Assembly: GCA_041907545.1 (NCBI GenBank)
Contig: JAYRGX010000002.1
Span: forward strand, 118,870-182,869
Source: Bacteroides sp.
GTDB lineage: Bacteria > Bacteroidota > Bacteroidia > Bacteroidales > Bacteroidaceae
Reading direction: 5' to 3'
DNA: 64,000 nt
In this document: positions 31,238 through 40,308 of the stretch, piece after piece
How positions within the stretch are numbered: position 1 is the stretch's first letter
Layout of the letters: the number at the start of each line of letters is the position of its first letter
The notes under the pieces: generated by a model
Database searches by the model: none
What the model saw: only the letters and a program-made list of their open reading frames with translations
Told to the model about the DNA's origin: nothing
Program-made: the position numbers and the translations under genes

Positions 31238-31753
31238 ATGAAAACCATCTATAAGTATTTCCTCATCGCATTATTATTTCCATTAATTGGCGGTTGCAAT
31301 AATGAAGATGATATTATTCAAATTCTAGTCGGGAAGACATGGAAGCTCTCATACATTGCAGACGAAAGTGAGCCAACCAAAATGTATGATTTTTGGGGAG
31401 GTAATGAAACCGCTCGCGAAAAAAGTATAGCAACTTTAGGAAACACCTCAACTTATACGTTGGTATTCGAAGGAAGTGATCTGAATGGAGTCGTTGGAGG
31501 TTCGATCTCGGGTTATGTTACTACAACAAATATTTCTGGAAAGTGGAATGCAAATAAAGAAAACTCTCAACTTACAACTTCGGATATCAAAGCTAATTCA
31601 GATGGCGATAAATATATCGGGACAGCATTCATTACCGGTATCACCAATGCCGAAAGCTACAAAGGAAGTGACGAGAACAACCTTTATATTCATTATAAAG
31701 TCGGACAGCGATCTTATTTCTTGGCATTTACACCCCAAAAATCAACAAAATGA
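31238..31753 (+). CDS. hypothetical lipoprotein
   Basis: 171-aa ORF with a lipobox LIGGC after the signal peptide. Its stop overlaps the next start (ATGA). Confidence 0.7.
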   Translation: MKTIYKYFLIALLFPLIGGCNNEDDIIQILVGKTWKLSYIADESEPTKMYDFWGGNETAREKSIATLGNTSTYTLVFEGSDLNGVVGGSISGYVTTTNISGKWNANKENSQLTTSDIKANSDGDKYIGTAFITGITNAESYKGSDENNLYIHYKVGQRSYFLAFTPQKSTK

Positions 31754-32181
31754 GCGATTCGGATAAAAAACAAGAAGCATTAGACAGAAGATATATCAGA
31801 ATGGCAACTATTTGGGCGGAGAATTCATATTGTAAACGCCGTCAGGTAGGAGCGCTTATTGTAAATGAGAAAATGATTATATCCGATGGTTACAACGGTA
31901 CTCCCGCTGGGTTTGAGAATGTATGCGAAGATGAAGGAAATGTCACTAAACCATACGTTCTGCATGCAGAAGCAAATGCTATTACTAAGATAGCACGCTC
32001 GAATAACAGTAGTGACGGAGCTACAATGTACGTTACCGCCGCTCCTTGCATTGAGTGTGCTAAATTGATTATACAAGCTGGTATCAAAAGAGTGGTGTAT
32101 TCCGAGAAATACCGTCTGGAAGATGGAATAAATCTATTGAAGCGAGCCGGAATCGAAGTCGTTTACATCGAAAATCAATAA
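31750..32181 (+). CDS. deoxycytidylate (dCMP) deaminase
   Basis: 143-aa ORF with the zinc motifs HAEANAI and PCIECAKLI. Confidence 0.9.
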   Translation: MSDSDKKQEALDRRYIRMATIWAENSYCKRRQVGALIVNEKMIISDGYNGTPAGFENVCEDEGNVTKPYVLHAEANAITKIARSNNSSDGATMYVTAAPCIECAKLIIQAGIKRVVYSEKYRLEDGINLLKRAGIEVVYIENQ

Positions 32182-32192
32182 AATTAAATAAA

Positions 32193-33929
32193 ATGAGTAA
32201 CAGAAACTCTTCACGTTTTACCCCTCTCATTATTGCCATCAGTATAGTGGTAGGCATCTTGATCGGGACTTTTTATGCTCAACACTTTGCAGGAAACAAG
32301 CTTGGCATTATAAACAGCTCTTCCAATAAATTAAATGCATTGTTACGGGTCATAGATGACCAGTATGTAGATACGGTCAACATGACTGATTTGGTAGAGA
32401 AAGCCATGCCACAAATCCTAGCGGAATTGGATCCTCATTCCACTTATATTCCGGCACAGGATCTTGACGATGTAAATTCTGAGTTAGAGGGTAGTTTTAG
32501 CGGAATTGGTATTCAGTTTACTATACAGGACGATACCATCCACGTTAATAGCGTCATTCAAGGTGGCCCGTCTGAAAAAGTCGGCATAATGGCAGGCGAC
32601 CGCATTGTCTCGGTAAACGACAGTACATTCGTTGGTAAATGGCTGACAAATGAAAAAGCAATGCATACACTGAAAGGTCCGAAAGGCTCCCAAGTTAAAA
32701 TAGGCGTAAGTCGCGCTACAGAAAAAGGAATACTTAAGTTTACGATAACCAGAGGAGAGATTCCACAAAATACCATTGATGCCGCATATATGCTCGACAA
32801 TGATTTTGGCTATGTACAAATCAGCAAATTTGGCAGAACCTCACACGTCGAGTTACTAAATGCTTTAGCTCAGCTCAACCACCAAAATTGCAAAGGCTTG
32901 ATCATCGACTTGCGAGGTAATACTGGTGGATATATGGAAGCTGCCGTTAGAATGGTGAACGAGTTCTTACCTGAAGGTCAACTGATTGTATATGCTCAAG
33001 GTAGAAAATACCCGCGAACAGAAGATTTTGCAAACGGAACAGGTAGCTGTCAAAAGATGCCTTTGGTTGTCTTAGTCGATGAAGGGTCGGCATCAGCAAG
33101 TGAGATTTTCTCCGGAGCCATCCAAGATAATGATAGAGGAACAATAGTTGGTCGCCGATCTTTTGGAAAAGGTTTGGTGCAGCAGCCTATCGACTTTAGC
33201 GATGGCTCGGCTATCCGACTCACAATAGCTCGTTACTACACGCCTTCCGGACGATGCATCCAACGCCCTTATGAGAGTGGAAAAGATTCAAGGTATGAAA
33301 TGGATTGGCTGACACGTTACGAACATGGAGAGTTCTTCTCTAAGGACAGCATTAAATTGAATCAAAAGCTTCGTTACCACACCCGTCTGGGACGTCCGGT
33401 ATATGGTGGTGGAGGTATCATGCCCGATATCTTTGTACCCCAAGACACCACCGGGACTTCTTCCTATCTGATCGAAGTTCTTAATAGAGGTCTGACCATG
33501 CAATTTTGCTTCCAATATACCGATCGTAACCGAAGCAAGCTCAGCAAATATAAAGATGAAAATGATTTGGCTAAATACCTCCGCCACGAAGGTATTGTAG
33601 AACAATTGGTACATTACGCAGAACAAAAAGGAGTAAAAAGACGTAATATACTTATTCACAAATCGTACAAACTGCTTGAAAAGAATCTATATAGCAATAT
33701 CATCTATAACATTTTAGGGAAAGAAGCGTACATACGCTATGCCAACCAAAACGATCCTACAGTGAAAAGAGCATTGGATATATTGAACAATGGCGAAGCA
33801 TTCCCCAAAGCCCCCTCTAAAAAAGACACTAATAAGAGCAATGAAAAAAAGAAAAAAAGAATTGCGCAAGCGTATGGTGTTATTAAAGACCCTTCAGAGT
33901 CTTTCCACTACGCGTCTTACAGAGTCTAA
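32193..33929 (+). CDS. S41 family C-terminal processing peptidase
   Basis: 578-aa ORF with an N-terminal TM helix, a PDZ region (GDRIVSVND), the catalytic region GSASASEIFSGAIQD and a Lys-rich tail. Confidence 0.9.
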   Translation: MSNRNSSRFTPLIIAISIVVGILIGTFYAQHFAGNKLGIINSSSNKLNALLRVIDDQYVDTVNMTDLVEKAMPQILAELDPHSTYIPAQDLDDVNSELEGSFSGIGIQFTIQDDTIHVNSVIQGGPSEKVGIMAGDRIVSVNDSTFVGKWLTNEKAMHTLKGPKGSQVKIGVSRATEKGILKFTITRGEIPQNTIDAAYMLDNDFGYVQISKFGRTSHVELLNALAQLNHQNCKGLIIDLRGNTGGYMEAAVRMVNEFLPEGQLIVYAQGRKYPRTEDFANGTGSCQKMPLVVLVDEGSASASEIFSGAIQDNDRGTIVGRRSFGKGLVQQPIDFSDGSAIRLTIARYYTPSGRCIQRPYESGKDSRYEMDWLTRYEHGEFFSKDSIKLNQKLRYHTRLGRPVYGGGGIMPDIFVPQDTTGTSSYLIEVLNRGLTMQFCFQYTDRNRSKLSKYKDENDLAKYLRHEGIVEQLVHYAEQKGVKRRNILIHKSYKLLEKNLYSNIIYNILGKEAYIRYANQNDPTVKRALDILNNGEAFPKAPSKKDTNKSNEKKKKRIAQAYGVIKDPSESFHYASYRV

Positions 33930-34383
33930 AGAAATTTTAGCCCTTTTGGAAAAGCATCCTGCTTTCCAAAAGGCTAAAACAATTTTGCTTTATTACTCTT
34001 TAGATGACGAAATAGATACTCATTCTTTTGTCGCTAAATGGTGTAAACAGAAAAACATCATACTTCCAAAAGTTATTGGTAACGAGTTGGAACTGAAGAA
34101 ATACGACGGGCCGGAGAACCTGGAAAAAGGAGCATACGGCATTGAAGAACCTACAGGGGAATCGTTTCTAAATTATTCAGAAATAGATCTGGCCGTAATA
34201 CCGGGAGTAGCTTTTGATATTCAAGGGAATCGTTTAGGCAGGGGAAAAGGTTATTACGACAGATTATTACCTAAGTTGTCTGCCTATAAAATAGGGATTT
34301 GCTTTCCATTTCAATTGGTTGAAGAAGTCCCGGTCGAACAATCAGACATCTCAATGGATGAAGTATTAACATTGGGTATTTAA
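33841..34383 (+). CDS. 5-formyltetrahydrofolate cyclo-ligase
   Basis: Homology-consistent start at MKKRKKELRKRM (M18 of the tracked ORF 33790-34383). GNRLGRGKGYYDR motif. Overlaps the S41 gene by 89 nt. Confidence 0.85.
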   Translation: MKKRKKELRKRMVLLKTLQSLSTTRLTESKEILALLEKHPAFQKAKTILLYYSLDDEIDTHSFVAKWCKQKNIILPKVIGNELELKKYDGPENLEKGAYGIEEPTGESFLNYSEIDLAVIPGVAFDIQGNRLGRGKGYYDRLLPKLSAYKIGICFPFQLVEEVPVEQSDISMDEVLTLGI

Positions 34384-34670
34384 CGGAAAATAATGTTGTG
34401 GATAACATCTGCACCAACATGACGATTCAGATTACGGACAAGTAATTCTCTCCCCATCATTAGTTCCTGACGCAAAGCCGCCGATGTAAGATGGACGTAC
34501 AGTACTTGGTTCTTGATGTATAAATCTTTGGTATAAGACGCAATTGTAGGGCCTAACACTTCCGCCCATGAGCGAAGTAGTTTTTGCTCATTCAACGGAC
34601 TCTCCAAGCTTTCCTGTCTCAGAAAATTGCGGATTAGAATACCTATCTGCTCGGCATTATTACGTTTCAT
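34380..34670 (-). CDS. DUF721 (DciA-like) protein
   Basis: 96-aa ORF directly downstream of recF and overlapping it by 11 nt, the usual genomic context of DUF721 proteins. Confidence 0.75.
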   Translation of the reverse strand: MKRNNAEQIGILIRNFLRQESLESPLNEQKLLRSWAEVLGPTIASYTKDLYIKNQVLYVHLTSAALRQELMMGRELLVRNLNRHVGADVIHNIIFR

Positions 34671-35778
34671 TTGCTAACTCCTTTCCTTCACTTATTACAC
34701 CGTTATCTACCAGAAACATTTTATAATCGCCCCCTATTTTTTGAAGAATACGGTCAAGATGTTCACGATTTGTGTCGGTAATAAAAATCTGCCCGAAGTT
34801 ATCACCTACCACTAATTTTATAATTTGCTCTACTCGAGATGCATCCAATTTATCAAAGATATCATCAAGCAACAGAAGCGGCACTGTACTTCCCCTCCGC
34901 TTCAAGAAATCAAATTGTGCTAGCTTCAAGGCTACAAGGTACGTTTTATTCTGCCCTTGCGATCCTTCACGCTTGATAGGAAAACGATCCAACATCATAT
35001 TCAACTCATCTTTATGAATTCCACGCAACGAGTATCCCATTATAAGATCACGTTGTCTATTCTCCTTCAAAAGACTAACAAGATCAGCATCACGTGCATG
35101 TGAGTCATACGACAAAGACACAATTTCTTTATCTTGTGATATATAAGAATAAAAAGATTGAAAAATCGGAATAAACTCTTCAATAAATGCTTCTCTTTTT
35201 TGGAATACTACACTCCCTGCTTGGGCCATCATCTCCTCCCAAACAAGAAATAGTTCTTCATCCACTTTCTGATCACTTTTCAACAAAGTATTACGTTGCT
35301 GCAATGCTTTATTATAGCGGATCAAAGCATTCAGATACTCCTTATCATATTGCGAAATAACCACATCCATAAAGCGACGCCTCTCATCACTCCCCCCAAT
35401 AATTAACTCTGAATCAGCGGGAGATACCATCACAAGGGGCAAGAAACCAATATGATCGGAAAGTCGGGTATATTCTTTTTTATTTCGCTTAAAGAGCTTT
35501 TTCTGTTTGCGCTTCATGCCGCAATAGATTTCCTCAGGAGTCTCATCCGATGTTTCATAAAACCCTTGAATAACAAAGAAATCCTCACCGTGGCAAATAT
35601 TCTGTGAATCAATAGGGTTTCCTGAACTCTTACAAAAAGAAAGAAAATAAACAGCATCCAATAAGTTCGTTTTCCCCATCCCATTTTGACCGAAAAAACA
35701 ATTCAGTTTATTGGAAAAGGAGAGCTCTACTTGCTTAAGATTCTTGTAGTTAAGTATGGAAATTCGTTTCAGAATCAT
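34660..35778 (-). CDS. recF: DNA replication/repair protein RecF
   Basis: Walker A GQNGMGKTNLLDA. The start is set at MILKRISILNYKNL (M9) because the promoter box overlaps the GTG start of the tracked ORF at 35802. Confidence 0.9.
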   Translation of the reverse strand: MILKRISILNYKNLKQVELSFSNKLNCFFGQNGMGKTNLLDAVYFLSFCKSSGNPIDSQNICHGEDFFVIQGFYETSDETPEEIYCGMKRKQKKLFKRNKKEYTRLSDHIGFLPLVMVSPADSELIIGGSDERRRFMDVVISQYDKEYLNALIRYNKALQQRNTLLKSDQKVDEELFLVWEEMMAQAGSVVFQKREAFIEEFIPIFQSFYSYISQDKEIVSLSYDSHARDADLVSLLKENRQRDLIMGYSLRGIHKDELNMMLDRFPIKREGSQGQNKTYLVALKLAQFDFLKRRGSTVPLLLLDDIFDKLDASRVEQIIKLVVGDNFGQIFITDTNREHLDRILQKIGGDYKMFLVDNGVISEGKELANET

Positions 35779-35801
35779 ATGGTGCATCCTATATTTAGTC
35801 A

Positions 35802-35809
35802 CAAAAGTA
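35802..35809 (-). promoter_or_regulatory. -7 promoter box TAnnTTTG for recF
   Basis: Minus strand reads TACTTTTG, 23 nt upstream of the ATG at 35778. Confidence 0.6.
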
Positions 35810-35884
35810 GAAAGAATTTCGTGGTTTTCAGATATTCAGCATAAAAAAGATGCCGTCAAATTTCGTTGATAGCTATAAAAAAGT

Positions 35885-35892
35885 TACTTTTG
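35885..35892 (+). promoter_or_regulatory. -7 promoter box TAnnTTTG
   Basis: TACTTTTG lies 49 nt upstream of the ATG at 35942. Confidence 0.6.
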
Positions 35893-35941
35893 CGGGTCAA
35901 ATTAGCTATATAAGAATAATAACAAAAAATACATATTAAAA

Positions 35942-36622
35942 ATGGCAGAACAAAAAAGACATGAGGCCTTGAATGTGGAAGCAGCATTGACGCAGTCAGA
36001 AGCATTTCTTATTAAACACAAAAACGTGGTCATTGGTATAGTATTGGCTATCATACTTATCATTGCCGGAGTGGTTCTTTACAAAAACTTCTATATAGCT
36101 CCCAGAGAAGAAAAAGCGCAAGCCGCTTTATTTAAAGGGCAAGAGTACTTTGAGTCTGATGCCTACGAACAAGCATTGAATGGAGATAGCATTGGATATA
36201 TTGGTTTCAAGAAAATAGCCGATGAATACAGTGGTACAAAAGCTGCCAATTTAGCTGAAGCATATATAGGTATCTGCTACGCTCACCTAGGCAAGTACGA
36301 TGAAGCTGTGAAAGCTCTCGATAAATTCAGTGGCGACGATCAAATGGTTGCTCCCGCAATAAAAGGAGCTATGGGTAATTGCTATGCAGAACTAGGTCAA
36401 CTTGATAAAGCTGCACCATTACTTTTGAAAGCCGCAGATGAAGCTGACAACAATTCATTAAGCCCTATCTATTTGCTGCAAGCCGGAGAAATATTGGTTA
36501 AACAAGGCAAATACGATGATGCCATCAATGCTTATACAAAAATTAAAGATAAATACTTCCGTTCCTACCAAGCAATGGACATCGACAAGTATATTGAACA
36601 AGCCAAATTATTGAAGAAATAA
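35942..36622 (+). CDS. membrane-anchored tetratricopeptide-repeat protein (YfgM-like)
   Basis: 226-aa ORF with one N-terminal TM helix followed by TPR-like repeats. Confidence 0.75.
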   Translation: MAEQKRHEALNVEAALTQSEAFLIKHKNVVIGIVLAIILIIAGVVLYKNFYIAPREEKAQAALFKGQEYFESDAYEQALNGDSIGYIGFKKIADEYSGTKAANLAEAYIGICYAHLGKYDEAVKALDKFSGDDQMVAPAIKGAMGNCYAELGQLDKAAPLLLKAADEADNNSLSPIYLLQAGEILVKQGKYDDAINAYTKIKDKYFRSYQAMDIDKYIEQAKLLKK

Positions 36623-36638
36623 TATACACGGATTACTA

Positions 36639-36706
36639 ATACACGGATTACACTTCTTTATAGCAAGTAATATACTTCTATATTTGGTGTAATCCGTGTA
36701 TTTTTT
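36639..36706 (+). terminator. rho-independent terminator with a duplicated 5' arm
   Basis: atacacggattacac (36639-36653) pairs with gtgtaatccgtgtat (36687-36701), followed by TTTTTT. A second copy of atacacggattac sits at 36624-36636. Confidence 0.7.
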
Positions 36707-36753
36707 CTATCCTATTCTATATAAAAGTATGTAATCTAATAAAACTATTAATC

Positions 36754-37248
36754 ATGGCAACAGCTTATCATAATCTATCAGAATACGATTTCAGCTCCGT
36801 TCCAAATGCTAAGGATATGAAATTTGGAATTGTGGTATCCGAATGGAATTATAATATTACAGGGAAATTATTGGAAGGTGCATTAAAAACACTAAAAAAA
36901 CATGGAGCAACCGATGAAAACATTATGGTTAAAACTGTACCGGGTAGCTTCGAACTGGTTTTTGGAGCTAATCAATTTATTGAATATACCGAAGTTGATG
37001 CTATTATTGTAATTGGTTGCGTTGTTCGCGGAGACACCCCTCATTTTGATTATGTATGTATGGGAACAACACAAGGCGTAGCCCAGTTAAACACAACTGG
37101 TAATGTACCAGTGATTTACGGTTTAATAACCACCAATACGATGGAGCAAGCAGAAGACAGAGCCGGTGGAAAGCTAGGAAACAAAGGCGATGAATGTGCA
37201 ATTACTGCAATAAAAATGATCGATTTCGCTTGGAGTTTACAAAAATAG
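36754..37248 (+). CDS. ribH: 6,7-dimethyl-8-ribityllumazine synthase
   Basis: 164-aa ORF with typical RibH length and sequence ([11 protein letters not shown]...[16 protein letters not shown]). Confidence 0.93.
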   Translation: MATAYHNLSEYDFSSVPNAKDMKFGIVVSEWNYNITGKLLEGALKTLKKHGATDENIMVKTVPGSFELVFGANQFIEYTEVDAIIVIGCVVRGDTPHFDYVCMGTTQGVAQLNTTGNVPVIYGLITTNTMEQAEDRAGGKLGNKGDECAITAIKMIDFAWSLQK

Positions 37249-37251
37249 TCG

Positions 37252-37259
37252 TATCTTTG
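37252..37259 (+). promoter_or_regulatory. -7 promoter box TAnnTTTG for the tRNA pair
   Basis: TATCTTTG lies 50 nt upstream of tRNA-Tyr. Confidence 0.6.
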
Positions 37260-37309
37260 CACCGCTGTTAGAGAGAAAGACATCACAGTCCCAAAATTTA
37301 ACAACATGC

Positions 37310-37392
37310 GGGCAAATACCAGAGTGGCCAAATGGGGCAGACTGTAAATCTGCTGGCTTACGCCTTCGGTGGTTCGAATCCATCTTTGCCCA
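37310..37392 (+). tRNA. tRNA-Tyr (anticodon GTA)
   Basis: Hand-folded cloverleaf: acceptor GGGCAAA/TTTGCCC, anticodon stem GCAGA/TCTGC with loop CTGTAAA, a long variable arm, T-loop TTCGAAT, discriminator A. Confidence 0.9.
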
Positions 37393-37400
37393 CAAAATAT

Positions 37401-37473
37401 GCGGAAGTAGCTCAGTTGATAGAGCATTAGCCTTCCAAGCTGAGGGTCGCGGGTTTGAGCCCCGTCTTCCGCT
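37401..37473 (+). tRNA. tRNA-Gly (anticodon TCC)
   Basis: Hand-folded cloverleaf: acceptor GCGGAAG/CTTCCGC, D stem GCTC/GAGC, anticodon loop CTTCCAA, T stem GCGGG/CCCGT. Confidence 0.9.
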
Positions 37474-37479
37474 CTCAGG

Positions 37480-37514
37480 AGAGAGAATCTGAAAATCAGG
37501 TTCTCTCTTTTTTT
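37480..37514 (+). terminator. rho-independent terminator after the tRNA pair
   Basis: agagagaatctg-aaaat-caggttctctct forms a 12-bp stem followed by TTTTTT. Confidence 0.8.
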
Positions 37515-37571
37515 AATTAATTGACTCATAATTCATCTTCTTTACTCTCAATAAAATAGAAAATTAAGAAG

Positions 37572-37579
37572 TATATTTG
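37572..37579 (+). promoter_or_regulatory. -7 promoter box TAnnTTTG
   Basis: TATATTTG lies 55 nt upstream of the ATG at 37635. Confidence 0.55.
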
Positions 37580-37634
37580 CCGCGAAAATAAATCGCATTA
37601 CACATTGAATAAATTGAAACTTAATTCACCAATA

Positions 37635-38528
37635 ATGAAAGCGCAAGCTATAATTCCTCCACTTAAACCAAGCTTAACGCGCGAAGCCCGTGATTATGTA
37701 ATGATTGCTTTAGGGATGATTCTCTACGGGGTTGGGTGGACCGTCTTTCTATTACCTAACAACATTACTACAGGAGGAGTACCCGGAATTGCTTCTATTA
37801 TATACTTTGCTTCAGGCTTTCCTGTTCAGTACACCTATTTCACTATCAACTTTATATTGTTAGTCTTATCCATCCGCATCCTTGGTTGGAAGTTCTGCAT
37901 TAAAACGGTATATGCTGTATGTACATTGACTTTCTTTCTCTATATCATTCAGCATTTCACTAAAGACATTGTGTTACTAAAAGATCAGCCGTTTATGGCA
38001 TGTGTCATTGGTGCTTCTTTCTGTGGATCGGGTATAGGTATTGCATTCTCAGCAAATGGGAGTACCGGAGGAACCGATATAATAGCAGCCATTATCAACA
38101 AATATAGAGACATTACACTGGGAAGAGTAATGTTGATATGCGATTTAATAATCATTTCATCCAGTTATTTTGCACTTCATAATTGGGAAAAAGTTGTCTA
38201 TGGCTACGTTACTTTATATATATGTAGCTTTGTCTTAGATCAAGTGGTAAACAGTGCCCGTCAATCAGTCCAGTTCTTTATCATTAGTGAAAAGTACCAG
38301 GAAATAGCAAAACATATCAACGAATACCCCCATCGTGGCGCTACCGTTATTGACGCTTCAGGCTTTTACACGGGCAAAGAAATAAAAATGCTATTTGTAT
38401 TGGCAAAGAAGAGAGAATCAACCATTATATTCAGATTGATCAGAGATATCGATCCTCAAGCTTTTGTATCGCAGAGTGCAGTGATTGGAGTTTATGGAGA
38501 AGGATTTGACCGGATAAAAGTAAAATAA
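37635..38528 (+). CDS. YitT family membrane protein
   Basis: The tracked ORF starts at a TTG (37605); the first ATG is M11 (MKAQAII). It has multiple TM helices and a soluble C-terminal domain. Confidence 0.8.
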   Translation: MKAQAIIPPLKPSLTREARDYVMIALGMILYGVGWTVFLLPNNITTGGVPGIASIIYFASGFPVQYTYFTINFILLVLSIRILGWKFCIKTVYAVCTLTFFLYIIQHFTKDIVLLKDQPFMACVIGASFCGSGIGIAFSANGSTGGTDIIAAIINKYRDITLGRVMLICDLIIISSSYFALHNWEKVVYGYVTLYICSFVLDQVVNSARQSVQFFIISEKYQEIAKHINEYPHRGATVIDASGFYTGKEIKMLFVLAKKRESTIIFRLIRDIDPQAFVSQSAVIGVYGEGFDRIKVK

Positions 38529-38561
38529 TAACAGCTGCAACACTTTTAGAGCAACAAAATC

Positions 38562-38585
38562 TCTTTTCAACAGAATTTGAAAAGA
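38562..38585. terminator. hairpin between convergent genes
   Basis: tcttttcaa-cagaat-ttgaaaaga forms a 9-bp stem. The flanks are A/T-rich, but there is no clean U-tract. Confidence 0.4.
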
Positions 38586-38616
38586 AACAGAATAACGATA
38601 CTATTACTATCGCAGA

Positions 38617-39255
38617 TTATTCTCGTTGAAACCGCCCCTTCGTCCATACATAAATAAGAGGAGTATGAATATAAGGTTTTATTTTATCCGAGGTTATTTG
38701 TCCCAAATATTCAGGAGTGGTAAAAGTAAACGCCAACTTATTATCATTAGAGGAAAAATCCGCCTTAATCAATAGAAAATCAACACCTTCCAATGCATCA
38801 CGTACACTATAATCAGTTAACGTATCGGGTATCGACAAAAAATCGGAAGCAACGGGTAACGCCAAAAATGTAGAAGCTGGTAGTCGCTTCCAATCTGAAC
38901 TATAAAAACGAATCTCGCTATCACACACCGGAGCACAAGCTGTAGATAAAGTACATATTACTTTTGTCGTATCATTAAGTGTGAGCAATTTCATCTGCCA
39001 AGTACTCTGAGCACTCATTTGGATACGAATATAATCAGCAGAAAGAGTAGTCATCTCCGATTTCGCCCCAAAACGATTGGTTATCTCAGCCTTCATCTTA
39101 CTTCCCAAAAAGTCTATGCAATCGGCACGATTTACCGATGTAAGCAAAGGAAGAATACTATCGGGCATGTTTATAAAATAATTTTTAGCTTGCTGGGCAT
39201 TTAAATTGATAACAGTACCAAAAGCCAAACACAGTGCAATCGCTATCTTTTTCAT
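38617..39255 (-). CDS. secreted hypothetical protein
   Basis: The start is set at MKKIAIALCLAFGTVINLNAQQ (signal peptide), which is M15 of the tracked ORF. It resembles Bacteroidales-specific uncharacterised proteins. Confidence 0.7.
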   Translation of the reverse strand: MKKIAIALCLAFGTVINLNAQQAKNYFINMPDSILPLLTSVNRADCIDFLGSKMKAEITNRFGAKSEMTTLSADYIRIQMSAQSTWQMKLLTLNDTTKVICTLSTACAPVCDSEIRFYSSDWKRLPASTFLALPVASDFLSIPDTLTDYSVRDALEGVDFLLIKADFSSNDNKLAFTFTTPEYLGQITSDKIKPYIHTPLIYVWTKGRFQRE

Positions 39256-39369
39256 CTTAAGTATTCTATTGATTTTAACCAAACCGGATGTTATCAAATA
39301 AAAAAAGTTTTCCAGGTAATAGCATCATATCCACACTACTCTCTAAAAAGTCTTAGTTCATCCTCAGCG

Positions 39370-39377
39370 CAAAGATA
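39370..39377 (-). promoter_or_regulatory. -7 promoter box TAnnTTTG
   Basis: Minus strand reads TATCTTTG, 114 nt upstream of the ATG at 39255. Confidence 0.45.
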
Positions 39378-39705
39378 GTAATTTATGTAGTAAACCAACG
39401 AAACCGTCTTGTTTAAAGATAATTAATCGCGTGATTGATTAACAACGATTTCCTCTCCACCTTTTAGAGAAACAAAGAGATATGTTCGCAAACGAGAGTA
39501 CATCTGTCCGATATCGCACAACGACAAAAATACGTTAAAGACTGACATACAGATATTTAGGCTTTTGGCACAGGTCTTGAATATAAGTAGATGAAAGATT
39601 CAACAAAAAAAAGGAGGAAACGATGCCACCTTTTGACCAACTCGTTCCGTCTAATAAATATAAACGTTGAGAGATCAAGATTAAAAACAATAAATACTTA
39701 AGATT

Positions 39706-40209
39706 ATGAAAACTAAAAGATTTCTAAAAGCAGTTGCAGTGATAGCTTTATTAGTAGCAGGTGTTATTAAATCTAATGCGCAATCCCAAGATGGGTTCAT
39801 TACAAATGAAGTGGTAAAAGGCGAACAAGTAGTATCCAAAACAATATTCAAAAAAGATGGTGCTTACTTATATAAACACATGATGTACGAATATAAGTAT
39901 GACGAGAGTAACCGGTTGATCACAAAAACAGCTTCTAAATGGGACTCTACAAAAGAAGAATGGGCACCTTACTTTAAATTGACTTATCAATACAATGATA
40001 ATAAAATAACAACCTTCTATGCCCGCTGGAACAGTTCTCGTAAAGTATATGATGCCAATGAAGAAAAAAGTGTTTGTGAAATGAGCAATGAAAACATGCC
40101 CGTAGCATATACGACTTACAAGCAGATCAGCAGCGGTAAATCAAACTGGAATATGGTAAATCATAACCGAATGGATGGTGCTTCCAATCTTTTTGCCACA
40201 ACAAAATAA
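39706..40209 (+). CDS. secreted hypothetical protein
   Basis: 167-aa ORF with the signal peptide MKTKRFLKAVAVIALLVAGVIKSNAQ. I recognise no family. Confidence 0.65.
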   Translation: MKTKRFLKAVAVIALLVAGVIKSNAQSQDGFITNEVVKGEQVVSKTIFKKDGAYLYKHMMYEYKYDESNRLITKTASKWDSTKEEWAPYFKLTYQYNDNKITTFYARWNSSRKVYDANEEKSVCEMSNENMPVAYTTYKQISSGKSNWNMVNHNRMDGASNLFATTK

Positions 40210-40251
40210 AAATACGATTTAAGAAGTTAACAACAATTTGATTTGATTTTA

Positions 40252-40284
40252 AAGTCCGCTTCTTTAGTTAGAGGCGGGCTTTTT
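40252..40284 (+). terminator. rho-independent terminator
   Basis: aagtccgcttc-tttagtta-gaggcgggctt forms an 11-bp stem with 2 G-U pairs, followed by TTT. Confidence 0.65.
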
Positions 40285-40308
40285 GATTTATATCACAGAT
40301 AAGTAAAA

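Noticed and set aside
36623-36753. An FMN riboswitch upstream of ribH
   Set aside because: The gap is only 131 nt and is mostly occupied by the upstream terminator. There is no room for, and no resemblance to, an approximately 140-nt RFN element.
37116-37529. 137-aa minus-strand ORF in the track
   Set aside because: It lies antisense across both tRNA genes and their terminator and has no promoter box. It is an artefact of the tRNA region.
37474-37604. A tRNA-adjacent integration site for a mobile element
   Set aside because: There is no integrase, no duplicated tRNA 3' end and no compositional break. A clean terminator and an ordinary promoter follow the tRNAs.
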